From: Trichlorobacter lovleyi SZ
Lineage (GTDB): Bacteria > Desulfobacterota > Desulfuromonadia > Geobacterales > Pseudopelobacteraceae
Assembly (NCBI RefSeq): GCF_000020385.1
Contig: NC_010814.1
Coordinates: 3,120,001-3,152,000 of the forward strand
Length of the DNA stretch: 32,000 bases
Reading direction: 5' to 3'
Part shown: positions 1 through 8,644 of the stretch, piece by piece
How the letters are laid out: every line of letters begins with the position of its first letter
How positions within the stretch are numbered: position 1 is the stretch's first letter
Position numbers and translations under genes: made by a program
The notes under the pieces: generated by a model
The model's input: the letters and a program-made list of their open reading frames with translations, nothing else
The model's database searches: none
Told to the model about the DNA's origin: nothing

Positions 1-1442
1 ATCCCCTGGGCCGTAAGCGGCTGCGGGGATTACGCCTGATCCACACCCACCTGAAGTCTGAACCGCTGACCGAAGACGACCTGACCGACCTGAAGCTGCT
101 CAGGCTTGACCTGATCGCTGCCCTCTGCCCCCTTGACGGCCGGCGCAGTATTGTGCATCTGGCCCACCTTTCCACCGAACCGGGCGGCATCAGCGTACTT
201 CCTCCGCAACTGCTGGAAAAGGCGGTTGATTACGGCAACGACTTTATCAGTACGCTGGAACGCAGCCTTGACAGGGCGATCCAGACCGAGGCTCCGGCAC
301 AGGATGGCCAGGAGCGGGCGATCCTGATCTCGGTCAGGGCCGGTGGTGAACGACGTGAGGTGGATGATTCCCTGGCAGAACTGCAGGAACTGGCCCGCAC
401 CGCCGGGGTACAGGTGTTGGACAGTTTTATTCAGCTGCCCCGCAAACTGAACCCCCGCACCCTGATGGGGGAAGGCAAACTGCAGGAAGTGGTGATCCGT
501 GCCCTGCAGCGGGGCGCCACCCTCTTGATCTTTGATCAGGAACTGACGCCGGCCCAGGTCAGAGCCATCTCCACCATGACTGAACTGAAGGTCATCGACC
601 GCAGCCAGCTGATTCTGGATATCTTTGCCGGACGGGCCAAGAGCAGGGACGGCAAGGTACAGGTGGAACTGGCACAACTGAAATACCTGCTGCCCCGCCT
701 GACCGGCCGGGGGGTCCAGATGTCGCGGCTGATGGGCGGCATCGGCGGACGGGGGCCGGGCGAGACCAAGCTCGAGATCGACCGCCGCCGGATCAGGGAC
801 CGGATCACCGCGTTGGAACGGGAGCTGCAGGAACTTTCCCGCGACCGGGAACAACGCCGCAGCAGACGGGTACGTTCCGGCGTACCGATCATCTCGATTG
901 TGGGCTACACCAACGCCGGCAAATCCACCCTGCTGAATGCCCTGACCCAAAGCGAGATCTTTACCGAGAACCTGCTGTTCGCCACCCTGGACACCTCCAG
1001 CCGCCGCCTGCGTCTGCCCCGCGAACGGGAGGTGATCATCACCGACACGGTCGGTTTCATCCGTTCCCTGCCGGCCTCCCTGATGGGGGCCTTCAAGGCC
1101 ACCCTGGAAGAGCTGCAGGATGCCGACCTGCTGCTGCACCTGGTGGATGCCTCCAACCCCCGCTTTGAAGCCCAGATTGCCCAGGTCCGCACCATCCTGG
1201 CCGAACTGGGACTGGCGGAAAAGCCGGAGCTGGTGGTCTTCAACAAGACCGATCAACTGGAAGGACTCAAGCGCAAAGACACCATTGCCTTCCTGCGGAT
1301 CGCCCAGGCCAAACGCCGCCATAACGCCATCAGCATCAGCGCGGTTGACCGCAAGTCACTTGCCCCGCTGCTGGACGAACTGAAGCGTAGATTCTGGCCT
1401 GATGCGGATGATTCTTTTCAGACACCAACAGACATCCTCTGA
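1..1442 (+). CDS. hflX: GTPase HflX (5' end outside window)
   Basis: The frame containing 153..1442 stays open back to nt 3 with no stop (PLGRKRLRGLRLIHTHLKSEPLTEDDL...), so the track Met at 153 is internal. Motifs present: G1 GYTNAGKST, G3 DTVGF, G4 NKTD. Stop TGA at 1440-1442. Confidence 0.9.
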   Translation, partial: PLGRKRLRGLRLIHTHLKSEPLTEDDLTDLKLLRLDLIAALCPLDGRRSIVHLAHLSTEPGGISVLPPQLLEKAVDYGNDFISTLERSLDRAIQTEAPAQDGQERAILISVRAGGERREVDDSLAELQELARTAGVQVLDSFIQLPRKLNPRTLMGEGKLQEVVIRALQRGATLLIFDQELTPAQVRAISTMTELKVIDRSQLILDIFAGRAKSRDGKVQVELAQLKYLLPRLTGRGVQMSRLMGGIGGRGPGETKLEIDRRRIRDRITALERELQELSRDREQRRSRRVRSGVPIISIVGYTNAGKSTLLNALTQSEIFTENLLFATLDTSSRRLRLPREREVIITDTVGFIRSLPASLMGAFKATLEELQDADLLLHLVDASNPRFEAQIAQVRTILAELGLAEKPELVVFNKTDQLEGLKRKDTIAFLRIAQAKRRHNAISISAVDRKSLAPLLDELKRRFWPDADDSFQTPTDIL

Positions 1443-1449
1443 AACGCCG

Positions 1450-1478
1450 ACAGGCCGCCCCGATCAGAAGCGGCCTGT
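1450..1478. terminator. Putative bidirectional terminator hairpin between convergent hflX and the giant-protein gene
   Basis: Perfect 9-bp inverted repeat ACAGGCCGC (1450-1458) / GCGGCCTGT (1470-1478) with an 11-nt loop. It sits in the 64-bp gap between two convergent stop codons. U-tracts are weak on both strands. Confidence 0.45.
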
Positions 1479-1506
1479 ATAAGATCTCATCAACGGCTTA
1501 TTTACC

Positions 1507-1916
1507 CTACTGCACCACCAGACCGCTTGCCTGCAGGCTGCCGTTGCCGATGGTCAAAACACCTTTGACGGTAACGCTGTCCACCCTGGCAGTACCACCT
1601 GTCACGGTCAGGCTGCCGTTCAGGGTGGTGGGCAGGCTGTCCTTGGCACTGAATGCCATGTCGTAACCGCCATTCAGGATAATATCCCTGACAAGGCTGA
1701 AGGCCCCGTCAAACTGGCCGCCATAGGCCCGGATCTCATGCCCGGCTGATGCGCTGGCAATAGCTTCTGCAAGGGTGGTGTAGGGAGTGTATGGATTGGT
1801 ACTCTGGTTTTGGGCCTGATACTGCAGGGTGTAAGTGAACTGATCCGCGCTGCTGGTGGCGCTGGTGCCTCCCGGTGTGGTGACGGTGATATCCACGGTC
1901 TGACCAACCAGACCGG
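1507..1916 (-). repeat. Copy 1 of an approx. 410-bp dispersed direct repeat (3' end of giant gene A)
   Basis: By-eye alignment to 4673..5082. The first 155 nt (1507-1661 vs 4673-4827) differ at one position (1552 g vs 4718 a). Similarity stays high through about 410 nt and weaker homology continues through the IPT domain. Identity starts essentially at the stop codon. Confidence 0.9.
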
Positions 1917-4614
1917 TTGGAGAGGTGGCGGTAAGTAGTGTGGCAGAGTTGGTCGTAAAAGCGGTTGCATTTGTAGAGGCAAACTTGACGGCGGTAACGT
2001 TGCTCAGGCCGGTACCGGTAATGGTGACAGTGGTTCCGCCATCGGCAAAGCCACTGGATGGGGAGATTCCGGTGACGGTCGGGACAGGGTAGCTGGCAGT
2101 TGCGGTCAGCGGCACAGCGGTACTGCCGGCTGCTGTTGTCACGGTTAAGCTGGCGTTTTTAATGCCCACAGAGGTGGGTGCGGCAGTTACCAACACCGTA
2201 CAGCTTGCACCGGCTGCCAGGGTTGGGGTCAGACTGCTACAGGGCAGGCTGCCGCCAGTTGTCACGCCAAACTGATCAGTATCAGTGCCGCTCAGGGCAA
2301 TGCCCAAAACAGGCTGGTCGCTTGCAGCGGCATTTTTCACGGTAAACTGATGACCGGGCGAGGCAGAGCCAACAGCCAGATTACCAAAGTCTCCATTACC
2401 CAACGTGACCAAAGGACCAACTGCCCAATACTGTCCGGCACGAACTGGCCAGACGTAGGCGCCGTAGCGCATAGTGCCGAGGCCCACAAAGCCGCTGCCT
2501 ATGTTCACGACCCAGGCGTAGCCTGGGAGGTCCGCGCTGGTACTGGAAGACCAGTAGAGGTAAGCCTGGACGTTAGTAAACCCGGCTGTAGCAAGGGTGT
2601 CAGGGCGGTATCCGGCATCAGTGAAAATGCGTAGTTCATCAATGGTTGGCAGATGCCAATCACCGCCCACCGATCCATCACTTAATCCGCAGGCAGATGA
2701 TGCCAGATTATTGCTCCAGGTCTGTGCGTCGGCCCAATTAAGAGTCCCCGCAGTTTTATCAATCCCCCCTGCTGAAGCGGTACAGTTGGCATTTTGCAGC
2801 CAGCGCAGACTGCTGACCGCATCCAGCACCGTACCATCACCCAGATCGATAAAGCGGATCGTCGTCGCAGAGAATGAGGCACTTACTCCACCAATGGTTA
2901 CGGTTGCAGCCACTTGGGCACCATATGTGCCGGCCGATGTCAGGCGCAGCTTCACCTGGCTGTCAGGGCTGAACGTACCTTGCGCACTGGTCCACTCGCC
3001 CCAGGTGGCGCCGTTGTCGCTGGAGAGCGCATACTCGCCGCCACTGACGGTGATAGCAGCGGGAAGATAGAATCCGGTGAGCGTGGCAGGGCTTGATTCG
3101 ATGCTGGTGTTTATCGGCACGCCGGTCTGTGGAGTAAAACCAAAGGCTGTGGGCGTGCCGTCGTTAAGTGACGTGACCTCCGTCTGTGACAATGTCCGGT
3201 TGTACCAGCCCACTTCATCCAGCAGGCCATTAAAATAGGCCTCACCCCCTGCCAAATAGGGAGCAGTATCAGGGTCATAGCCCAGGTATAAGGTGCCCGT
3301 GCCATCCCCCACATCTCCGGCAGCCGCTATGCTTGCATCCTGCACGCCGTTCAAATAGATCTTCATATTCGCGCCGTCATAGGTCGCCACGACATGGGTC
3401 CATACACCGGGTGTCAGCGCCGTGGCTGATGTCACACCTGAACTGGCGGTTGTGCCAAACAGAAAATACGACACCTTGCCATCAGAATCGATGGAGACCT
3501 TTTTGTATTCGTACCCATTTGTCCATTTGCTGACCAGATGGTAGCTTTTGCCGGCAGTTGACAATGCATTAGGTTTGACCCAGAAGGCTATCGAGTGATT
3601 GCCAAAGATATCCAGGGATGATGCATGCGGCACAGAGACATACTGCGCCGTGCTGCCATCAAAGCTGAACGCCTGCCCCACTCTGCCTGGCGCATAGGTA
3701 ACACCGTGCAGCGTACCGGTATTGCTGCCCACGCTGTCATTGGCGTTGTTCTCCGCCCGCCACCAGGAGACATTAGGATCAAAGGTTTGTATAACCTGAG
3801 CGACACCACTGCCGGTCAGGGCAATATCCTTGTTTAACATCGTAGCATCGTTTGAATTAATATGCAGAGTTGTGGATTTTGTCCCAACACTGGTCGGGCT
3901 GAATGAAACCGAGACCGTGCAGCTGACACCAGGCGCTAATGTTTGCATAGCCCCGCAGGTGCCGCTGTTCAAGCTAAACATGCCACTATCACTGCCGGTA
4001 AGGGCAATGTTGCTGATGACCAGATTATCCACCGTAGAGCTGTTGCTGATTGAGAATATCTGACCTGCTGACGTTGTGCGAGTAGTTACATCACCAAAGT
4101 TCAGAGAGGAAGGCGTCACTGAAAGAGTCTGATAGAACCACTGCCCGTTACGGACGGGCCATAAATAATGGCTATGAATGCTAACGTCGTATGACCAGTA
4201 GTTATTTAATTGCATGGGCGCGTACCAGACGTAGACTGATTCATAGGTACTTGATGTCCAGTACCCGCTTGAGATGACGGTATTATTGAATGTCAGATTA
4301 AGGGTGACAGCAGGAGTGTCGCTGATGGAGTAAATGGTATTCAGCTCATCCTTGGTTGGCAGATGCCAGTCACCGGCAACCGAGCCATCGTTCAACCCGC
4401 ATGTTGGTGACGCCAGATTGTTGGCTAATGAAATTGCATTATTCCAATCCTGTTGCATATAACAGCTGGCATTCTTCAGCCAGCGCAGGTGGCTGGTGGT
4501 ATCAAGCACCGTGCCATCCCCCAGATCAACAAAACGGTCCAGTGACCAGGCCTGGCTACTGCACAGCAGCAGTATTGAAAACAGCAGCACCACCATCAGT
4601 TTAAATTGTCGCAT
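1507..4614 (-). CDS. Giant secreted multidomain lectin-like protein A (DUF1566 x2, choice-of-anchor-D-like Ig x2, LamG, beta-sandwich, IPT/TIG, conserved C-terminal module)
   Basis: Start moved to ATG 4614, with AAGGAG 7 nt upstream, giving signal peptide MRQFKLMVVLLFSILLLCSSQAWS. DUF1566 motifs are RWLKNA...DWHLPT..EL...YW(T/S)SS...WPVR, present twice. Choice-of-anchor-D pattern: FGDV...LTGSDSGMFSL...C..LAPGVSCTVSVSFSPTSVGTKSTTLHINSND. LamG_3 pattern: VSWWRAENNANDS...VWTHVVATYDGANMKIYLNG...LDEVGWYNRTLS. IPT/TIG: PTVTGISPSSGFADGGTTVTITGTG. Confidence 0.9.
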   Translation of the reverse strand: MRQFKLMVVLLFSILLLCSSQAWSLDRFVDLGDGTVLDTTSHLRWLKNASCYMQQDWNNAISLANNLASPTCGLNDGSVAGDWHLPTKDELNTIYSISDTPAVTLNLTFNNTVISSGYWTSSTYESVYVWYAPMQLNNYWSYDVSIHSHYLWPVRNGQWFYQTLSVTPSSLNFGDVTTRTTSAGQIFSISNSSTVDNLVISNIALTGSDSGMFSLNSGTCGAMQTLAPGVSCTVSVSFSPTSVGTKSTTLHINSNDATMLNKDIALTGSGVAQVIQTFDPNVSWWRAENNANDSVGSNTGTLHGVTYAPGRVGQAFSFDGSTAQYVSVPHASSLDIFGNHSIAFWVKPNALSTAGKSYHLVSKWTNGYEYKKVSIDSDGKVSYFLFGTTASSGVTSATALTPGVWTHVVATYDGANMKIYLNGVQDASIAAAGDVGDGTGTLYLGYDPDTAPYLAGGEAYFNGLLDEVGWYNRTLSQTEVTSLNDGTPTAFGFTPQTGVPINTSIESSPATLTGFYLPAAITVSGGEYALSSDNGATWGEWTSAQGTFSPDSQVKLRLTSAGTYGAQVAATVTIGGVSASFSATTIRFIDLGDGTVLDAVSSLRWLQNANCTASAGGIDKTAGTLNWADAQTWSNNLASSACGLSDGSVGGDWHLPTIDELRIFTDAGYRPDTLATAGFTNVQAYLYWSSSTSADLPGYAWVVNIGSGFVGLGTMRYGAYVWPVRAGQYWAVGPLVTLGNGDFGNLAVGSASPGHQFTVKNAAASDQPVLGIALSGTDTDQFGVTTGGSLPCSSLTPTLAAGASCTVLVTAAPTSVGIKNASLTVTTAAGSTAVPLTATASYPVPTVTGISPSSGFADGGTTVTITGTGLSNVTAVKFASTNATAFTTNSATLLTATSPTGLVGQTVDITVTTPGGTSATSSADQFTYTLQYQAQNQSTNPYTPYTTLAEAIASASAGHEIRAYGGQFDGAFSLVRDIILNGGYDMAFSAKDSLPTTLNGSLTVTGGTARVDSVTVKGVLTIGNGSLQASGLVVQ

Positions 4615-4672
4615 ACACAAACTCCTTGAAGAGGGTGTGACCCACAACTGTCTTTTCAGATTTTCGTGTCCC

Positions 4673-5082
4673 CTACTGCACCACCAGACCGCTTGCCTGC
4701 AGGCTGCCGTTGCCGATAGTCAAAACACCTTTGACGGTAACGCTGTCCACCCTGGCAGTACCACCTGTCACGGTCAGGCTGCCGTTCAGGGTGGTGGGCA
4801 GGCTGTCCTTGGCACTGAATGCCATGTTGTAGCCGCCATTCAGGATGATATCCCTGACAAGACTCAAGGCTCCATCAAACTGACTGCCATAGGCCCGGAT
4901 CTCATGCCCGGCTGATGCGCTTGAGACCGCTTCGGCAAGGGTGGTGTAGGGAGTGTATGGATTGGTGCTCTGGTTTTGAGCCTGATACTGTAGGATATAG
5001 CTGAACTGATCTGCGCTGCTGGTGGCGCTGGTGCCGCCAGGTGTGGTGACGGTAACATCCACGGTCTGTCCGACCAGACCGG
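4673..5082 (-). repeat. Copy 2 of the approx. 410-bp dispersed direct repeat (3' end of giant gene B)
   Basis: See copy 1. It encodes the same C-terminal residues: ...TTLNGSLTVTGGTARVDSVTVKGVLTIGNGSLQASGLVVQ. Confidence 0.9.
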
Positions 5083-8000
5083 CAGGCGATGTGGCAGTAA
5101 CCTGGGTATCTGAACCAGTAGAGAAACTTGCAGCATCTGTTGCACCAAACTTAACGGCAGTGGCCCCGCTGAAATTGGTACCGTTGATGGTGACTGAGGT
5201 ACCGCCGGAAGCAAAGCCGCTGGATGGTGAGATGCCGGTAACGGTTGGCGTCAATGCCAGACCGGCTGCTCCGGCATTGTAGATGCTCTGGATTTCAGTG
5301 GCGCTCAGGGAACGGTTAAAGATCTGCACTTCATCCATCAGGCCTGAGTAAATGCCACCATTGGATTCGGCAGCCCATTTACCCATCTCCAGCGGGCCAC
5401 TGTTATCCAGATTCCAGCCGCTATCTATCATGGAACTATTCTCAACCCCGTCAAGGTACATGCGATATTTCCGGGACGAAGTACCCACCGGATCTCTGCT
5501 GACGGCAATATGGTGCCATTTCCCGTCATTCACGGCCACATTGGACGACATGCTGACACTGGCGGCTATTTCAAAGGTTACAGCACCGGCAACAGGGCCG
5601 TTAAGTGCCAGTGAATACCAGTTACCGCTGGTTGCACGCTTGGTGACCAGACGTTTCCAGGTATATTGGGCGGATGGAAGGGTTGTCTTGATCCAGGTGG
5701 CAATGGCAAAGTCGTTGGTGCCAAAGTTAAGTGAGGCACTGCTGGGCGCATCAACGTATTCAGTGGCAGCTCCGCTGAAGCTGAAGGCCTGGCCGACCTT
5801 GCCGGTTGCAAAGGCAAAACTTGAGGCACTGTGAAGTGTGCCGTTGTTTGCCCCCAGGGCATCCAGCCCGTTATTTTCACCGCGCCACCAGGAGACCAGC
5901 CCTGATGGTGGCGCAATGGGAGGTGTCCACTTTGCGTACAGGATAGTTGGTGCGGCAATGCTGAAGGTTGCGCCGGGCTGATAGCTGACGCCGCTGCCGT
6001 CAGCAGCTGTGTTCCAGCCATTAAAGGCGTAGCCGCTTTTTGCCAGTACGCCGCTGTTATCCAAAACCGTAGCTGTGGCGTTCAGGGCATAGCCGGTGCT
6101 GTCAAGTGGCACACTGCCGCTGCTGTTGCCATTGCCGTTGTAGGTTACCGACAACGCTGCGCCGGTGGCGCTCAACGGGACGTTCAGACTCAGTCCAGCT
6201 GAAGTAACGGTCAGGTTGGCGCTTTTGCTGCTAATGGTTGTTGGTTTGGCACTGATCAGCACGGTACAACCTGCACCGCCGGCCAGAGTGAGCGAGGTAA
6301 GGCTGCTGCAGGGGTTTGTTCCACCAGTGGCAAGCGTAAACTGCCCGGAATCCGTTCCGCTTAAGGAGATTGAAGTAACAGACAGCGGATTTGCACCGTT
6401 GTTTTTCAACGTAAACGGATGGCCGGATGATGTAGAGCCGACAGGCACACTCCCGAAATCAGAGTTTCCTGAAATAACCAAAGAATCCAATAACCAGTAC
6501 TGTCCGGAGCGCACAGGCCAAACACGGGAAGCGTTGAACTTGGGGTCGCAATACGAGTTGCCGTCGGTTAATTTCACGTCCCAGGCCAAATTCGAATTAT
6601 TTATGTAGGAACTGGAGGACCAGTACCAATAAGCCTGAACATCAGCAAACCCTGCTGCATTAAGTGTGTCGTAGCGGAGGCTGTCCGGTGCAGCAACCAG
6701 GGTTTGCAGCTCTTCAATGGTGGGCAGGTGCCAGTCACCGGCCATTGTTCCATCCGTCAACCCGCAGGCAGGCGCTGCCAGGCTAGCTGCAGATGAGATA
6801 GCTGCATCCCACTTCTGCGTCCCCAAACAACCGGCATTTTTTAACCAGCGCAGGCTGCTGCTGGTGTCCAGCATGGTGCCATCGTTCAGATCAATAAAGC
6901 GGGGCAACGCCCAACCGGCGCTGCCGGCATTGTAGATGTTTGCTATCTCTGTGGCGGACAGGGCGCTGTTGAACCAGCCCAGCTCATCAAGCTGCCCGTT
7001 GAAATTGGCACCGGAATAGCTGGCTGCGATCAGAGGATTGTAGCCCAGGTACAAGGTGCCGCTGCTGTCCCAAACATCGTTGCTGGCAGACACGCCGGCA
7101 TTCAGTGCCCCGTTGATATAGATCTTCATATTTGCGCCATCATAGGTTGCCGCAACATGGGTCCAGACGCCTGTTTGCAGGGCAGCGGTTGTGGTGACAC
7201 CGGAACCGGCGGTCGTGCCGTGTAGGTAGTAGAAAACCTTTCCGTCGGCATTGATGTTGATCTGCTTGTGTTCTGCGGCATTGGCCCACTTACTGACCAC
7301 ATAGTACGCTTTACCGGCAGGAGGCAGCGTGGTGAGCTTGACCCAAAAGGAGACGGAATGGGTGCCGTAGATATTCAGGGATGAAGAGGAGGGCACGCTA
7401 ACATACTGGGCTGTGCTGCCCTCAAAATTAAAGGCCTGCCCCACCAATCCGGGGACATAGGTAACACCGCCCTGTAACGTGCCGTTGTTTCTCCCCTGGG
7501 TGTCGTTTGGGTTCCCTTCACCCCGCCACCAACTGACCAGACCGGCTGGCGGAGCTGTGGGAACAGACCATTTGGCATAGAGCGTAACAGGCGCGGCATA
7601 GCTGAAGGTTGCGCCGGGCTGGTAACTGGTGCCGCTGCCATCGGTTGCCGTGTTCCAGCCGTTAAAGATGTAGCCGGTCTTTGCCAGCGTACCGCTGTTG
7701 GCGAGGACCGTAACAGTTGCACCGGAAAGATATCCCTGACTATCAGTCGGTACAACGCCCGAGGTACTGCCGTTGCTGTTGTACGTAACAGCTGCAACAC
7801 CCGTAACGCTCAGTGTGGCATCCGTGCTGGCGCCATTTGCGATAAAAGTCAGGTTGGCGCTTTTGCTGCCTGCGCTCGTTGGTTTGGCCGTTACCACCAC
7901 GTTACAGCTTGCACCGGCAGCCAGAGTGAGTGATGTGAGACTACTGCAGGGTGTGACGTCACCAGTGGAAAGAACAAACTGGCCGGGATCGGCGCCGCTC

Positions 8001-8605
8001 AGGACAATTGAACTGATCAACTGCGAGGTTAGTGCGCTGTTTTTCAGGGTAAACTGATGGTTCGATGAAACAGAGCCAACGTGCATAGAGCCAAAGTCAA
8101 CTATCCCAAAAATAACCAAAGGATTTAACGACCAATACTGTCCGCTACGAACAGGCAACCCGTAAAGGGGAAACTCCTTGCTGGTGGCTCGCACACTGCC
8201 ATCGTACATATGCACGCCCCAGGCGGTATTGGTGCCCTCGAAACTGCTGGAGGACCAGTATAATTCATTCTGGACACTATCAAAACCTGCTGTAGTAAGG
8301 GAGTCTGCACGATAGTTGTCCGCAACCAGGGTCTGCAGTTCATCAGTGGAGGGTAAATGCCAGTCGCCAGCCACCGATCTATCCGTCAGCCCGCAGGAAG
8401 GCGCTGCCAGTGTGGCTGCACCCCATACGGCAATATCCCAACGTGTATGAATACAGTTGGCCTTCTTCAGCCAGCGCAGGCTGCTACTGGTATCCAGCAT
8501 GGTGCCGTCGTTCAGATCAATAAAGCGGTCCAGTGACCAGGCCGGGCTGCAGAACAGCAGCGTTGAGAACAGCAGCACCAGCATCAGTTTTAATTGTCGC
8601 AGCAT
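4673..8605 (-). CDS. Giant secreted multidomain lectin-like protein B (two tandem DUF1566 / choice-of-anchor-D Ig / Listeria-Bacteroides repeat / LamG modules, then IPT/TIG and the conserved C-terminal module)
   Basis: ATG 8605 with GAGGAG 6 nt upstream; signal peptide MLRQLKLMLVLLFSTLLFCSPAWS. Two Flg_new-type repeats (GYIFNGWNTATDGSGTSYQPGATF...LYAKW and GYAFNGWNTAADGSGVSYQPGATF...LYAKW). Two LamG_3 domains (LDELGWFNSALSATEI and LMDEVQIFNRSLSATEI). IPT/TIG: PTVTGISPSSGFASGGTSVTINGTN. Only 58 bp separate its stop from the start of gene A. Confidence 0.9.
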   Translation of the reverse strand: MLRQLKLMLVLLFSTLLFCSPAWSLDRFIDLNDGTMLDTSSSLRWLKKANCIHTRWDIAVWGAATLAAPSCGLTDRSVAGDWHLPSTDELQTLVADNYRADSLTTAGFDSVQNELYWSSSSFEGTNTAWGVHMYDGSVRATSKEFPLYGLPVRSGQYWSLNPLVIFGIVDFGSMHVGSVSSNHQFTLKNSALTSQLISSIVLSGADPGQFVLSTGDVTPCSSLTSLTLAAGASCNVVVTAKPTSAGSKSANLTFIANGASTDATLSVTGVAAVTYNSNGSTSGVVPTDSQGYLSGATVTVLANSGTLAKTGYIFNGWNTATDGSGTSYQPGATFSYAAPVTLYAKWSVPTAPPAGLVSWWRGEGNPNDTQGRNNGTLQGGVTYVPGLVGQAFNFEGSTAQYVSVPSSSSLNIYGTHSVSFWVKLTTLPPAGKAYYVVSKWANAAEHKQININADGKVFYYLHGTTAGSGVTTTAALQTGVWTHVAATYDGANMKIYINGALNAGVSASNDVWDSSGTLYLGYNPLIAASYSGANFNGQLDELGWFNSALSATEIANIYNAGSAGWALPRFIDLNDGTMLDTSSSLRWLKNAGCLGTQKWDAAISSAASLAAPACGLTDGTMAGDWHLPTIEELQTLVAAPDSLRYDTLNAAGFADVQAYWYWSSSSYINNSNLAWDVKLTDGNSYCDPKFNASRVWPVRSGQYWLLDSLVISGNSDFGSVPVGSTSSGHPFTLKNNGANPLSVTSISLSGTDSGQFTLATGGTNPCSSLTSLTLAGGAGCTVLISAKPTTISSKSANLTVTSAGLSLNVPLSATGAALSVTYNGNGNSSGSVPLDSTGYALNATATVLDNSGVLAKSGYAFNGWNTAADGSGVSYQPGATFSIAAPTILYAKWTPPIAPPSGLVSWWRGENNGLDALGANNGTLHSASSFAFATGKVGQAFSFSGAATEYVDAPSSASLNFGTNDFAIATWIKTTLPSAQYTWKRLVTKRATSGNWYSLALNGPVAGAVTFEIAASVSMSSNVAVNDGKWHHIAVSRDPVGTSSRKYRMYLDGVENSSMIDSGWNLDNSGPLEMGKWAAESNGGIYSGLMDEVQIFNRSLSATEIQSIYNAGAAGLALTPTVTGISPSSGFASGGTSVTINGTNFSGATAVKFGATDAASFSTGSDTQVTATSPAGLVGQTVDVTVTTPGGTSATSSADQFSYILQYQAQNQSTNPYTPYTTLAEAVSSASAGHEIRAYGSQFDGALSLVRDIILNGGYNMAFSAKDSLPTTLNGSLTVTGGTARVDSVTVKGVLTIGNGSLQASGLVVQ

Positions 8606-8644
8606 AGAAGTCTCCTCAACGTAACCTATAAAAATCCATGAACA

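Noticed and set aside
30-1322. Long antisense ORFs opposite well-supported genes: 30..1322(-), 9944..10771(+), 14739..15668(-), 16529..17719(-), 24617..26323(-), 26136..26795(-), 27249..28007(-).
   Set aside because: Each lies entirely opposite a gene with unmistakable family motifs (hflX, kinase, AI-2E, copA, groEL, hemH, Met-rich gene). Their translations are low-complexity G/A/R/P/Q-rich strings typical of shadow ORFs in GC-rich DNA. None has a Shine-Dalgarno.
1510-1600. Known C-terminal sorting signals (PEP-CTERM, LPXTG, GlyGly-CTERM, T9SS CTD) on the giant proteins.
   Set aside because: Both proteins end ...GNGSLQASGLVVQ, with no terminal hydrophobic helix, basic tail or signature motif.
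1507-8605. A diversity-generating retroelement acting on the DUF1566 domains.
   Set aside because: The window has no reverse transcriptase ORF, no non-coding template repeat, and no pair of sequences differing mainly at adenines. The variable segments are internal to the proteins rather than C-terminal. I kept this only as a genome-wide check in a finding.
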